From the NCBI GenBank assembly GCA_951406725.2, contig OX597823.1:48484001-48548000 (forward strand): DNA of 64,000 nt, written 5' to 3'. Each line of letters begins with the position of its first letter. Positions within the stretch are counted from its first letter, which is position 1. Positions 63,595 to 64,000 of this stretch are shown piece by piece. A program made the position numbers and the translations under genes. The notes under the pieces were generated by a model. That model did no database searches. It had not been told where the DNA came from and saw nothing but the letters and a program-made list of their open reading frames with translations. The stretch comes from Octopus vulgaris. Its lineage: Eukaryota.

Positions 63595-64000
63595 GCAAGG
63601 TTGATGCCATTAATGTTCCATTTAAACTCTTGCAGATCAACATCTGCGGGAAAGACATGAGCAGGGTGATTACAAAAGCCAATGTCCTAAAGGGAACAGA
63701 CTCTGGATATAGGGGTTAGTTCTGGACTGGAGGGGTTGGATGATGCAACAAAGATGATGGGAAGAGGAGAAATGAATGGGCTGGGGTGCCTGAGTGGAGG
63801 GGATATGAGACCAAAAGGTTCTGAGTAGTAGAAGCCATTATAGGAGCAATAGGAAAGATAGCTAGATATAGACCAAGAGATAAACAGAGAGACAGAGAGG
63901 ACACACTATGCCTCCAGAGGTTGGAGTATGTCTGTTAGTGACTAAATGCCAGTCAGCTGAGCACCCCTTCACCAGATGAGGTCCAGAAGATGTGTGCATG
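63595..64000 (-). mobile_element. Degraded CR1/L2-like LINE 3' coding end
   Basis: Remnants VSSLSL..YNG..SE..GLISPPLRHP..FP.DVDLQ.FK.NINGINL. Confidence 0.65.

Overview
AT-rich eukaryotic (metazoan) genomic DNA, dominated by dispersed repeats and microsatellites. The SINE/LINE/MITE repertoire looks like an octopus (coleoid cephalopod) genome; that assignment is inference from pattern recognition, not a search. No prokaryotic-type system (operon, CRISPR, rRNA, intact tRNA) is present, and most ORF-track entries are microsatellite or repeat artefacts. One protein-coding exon is well supported: 46335-46480 on the minus strand, encoding the C-terminal half of a PEPP/PLEKHA4-7-like PH domain. Much of the window is therefore probably large introns of that gene, with a few weaker candidate exons. 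The repeats include at least six SINE-like families (labelled A-F here, my labels), fragments of RTE, CR1-like, R4/Dong-like, Penelope and Gypsy retroelements, and non-autonomous hAT, piggyBac, mariner/maT and Helitron elements. The most interesting signals are a strand-asymmetric pre-miRNA-like hairpin (33407-33469), hammerhead-ribozyme-like motifs (best at 49284-49364), inverted repeats bracketing the PH exon, and repeated short local duplications. I found no convincing wholly new biological system. Repeat boundaries are approximate unless a TSD or TIR is quoted.
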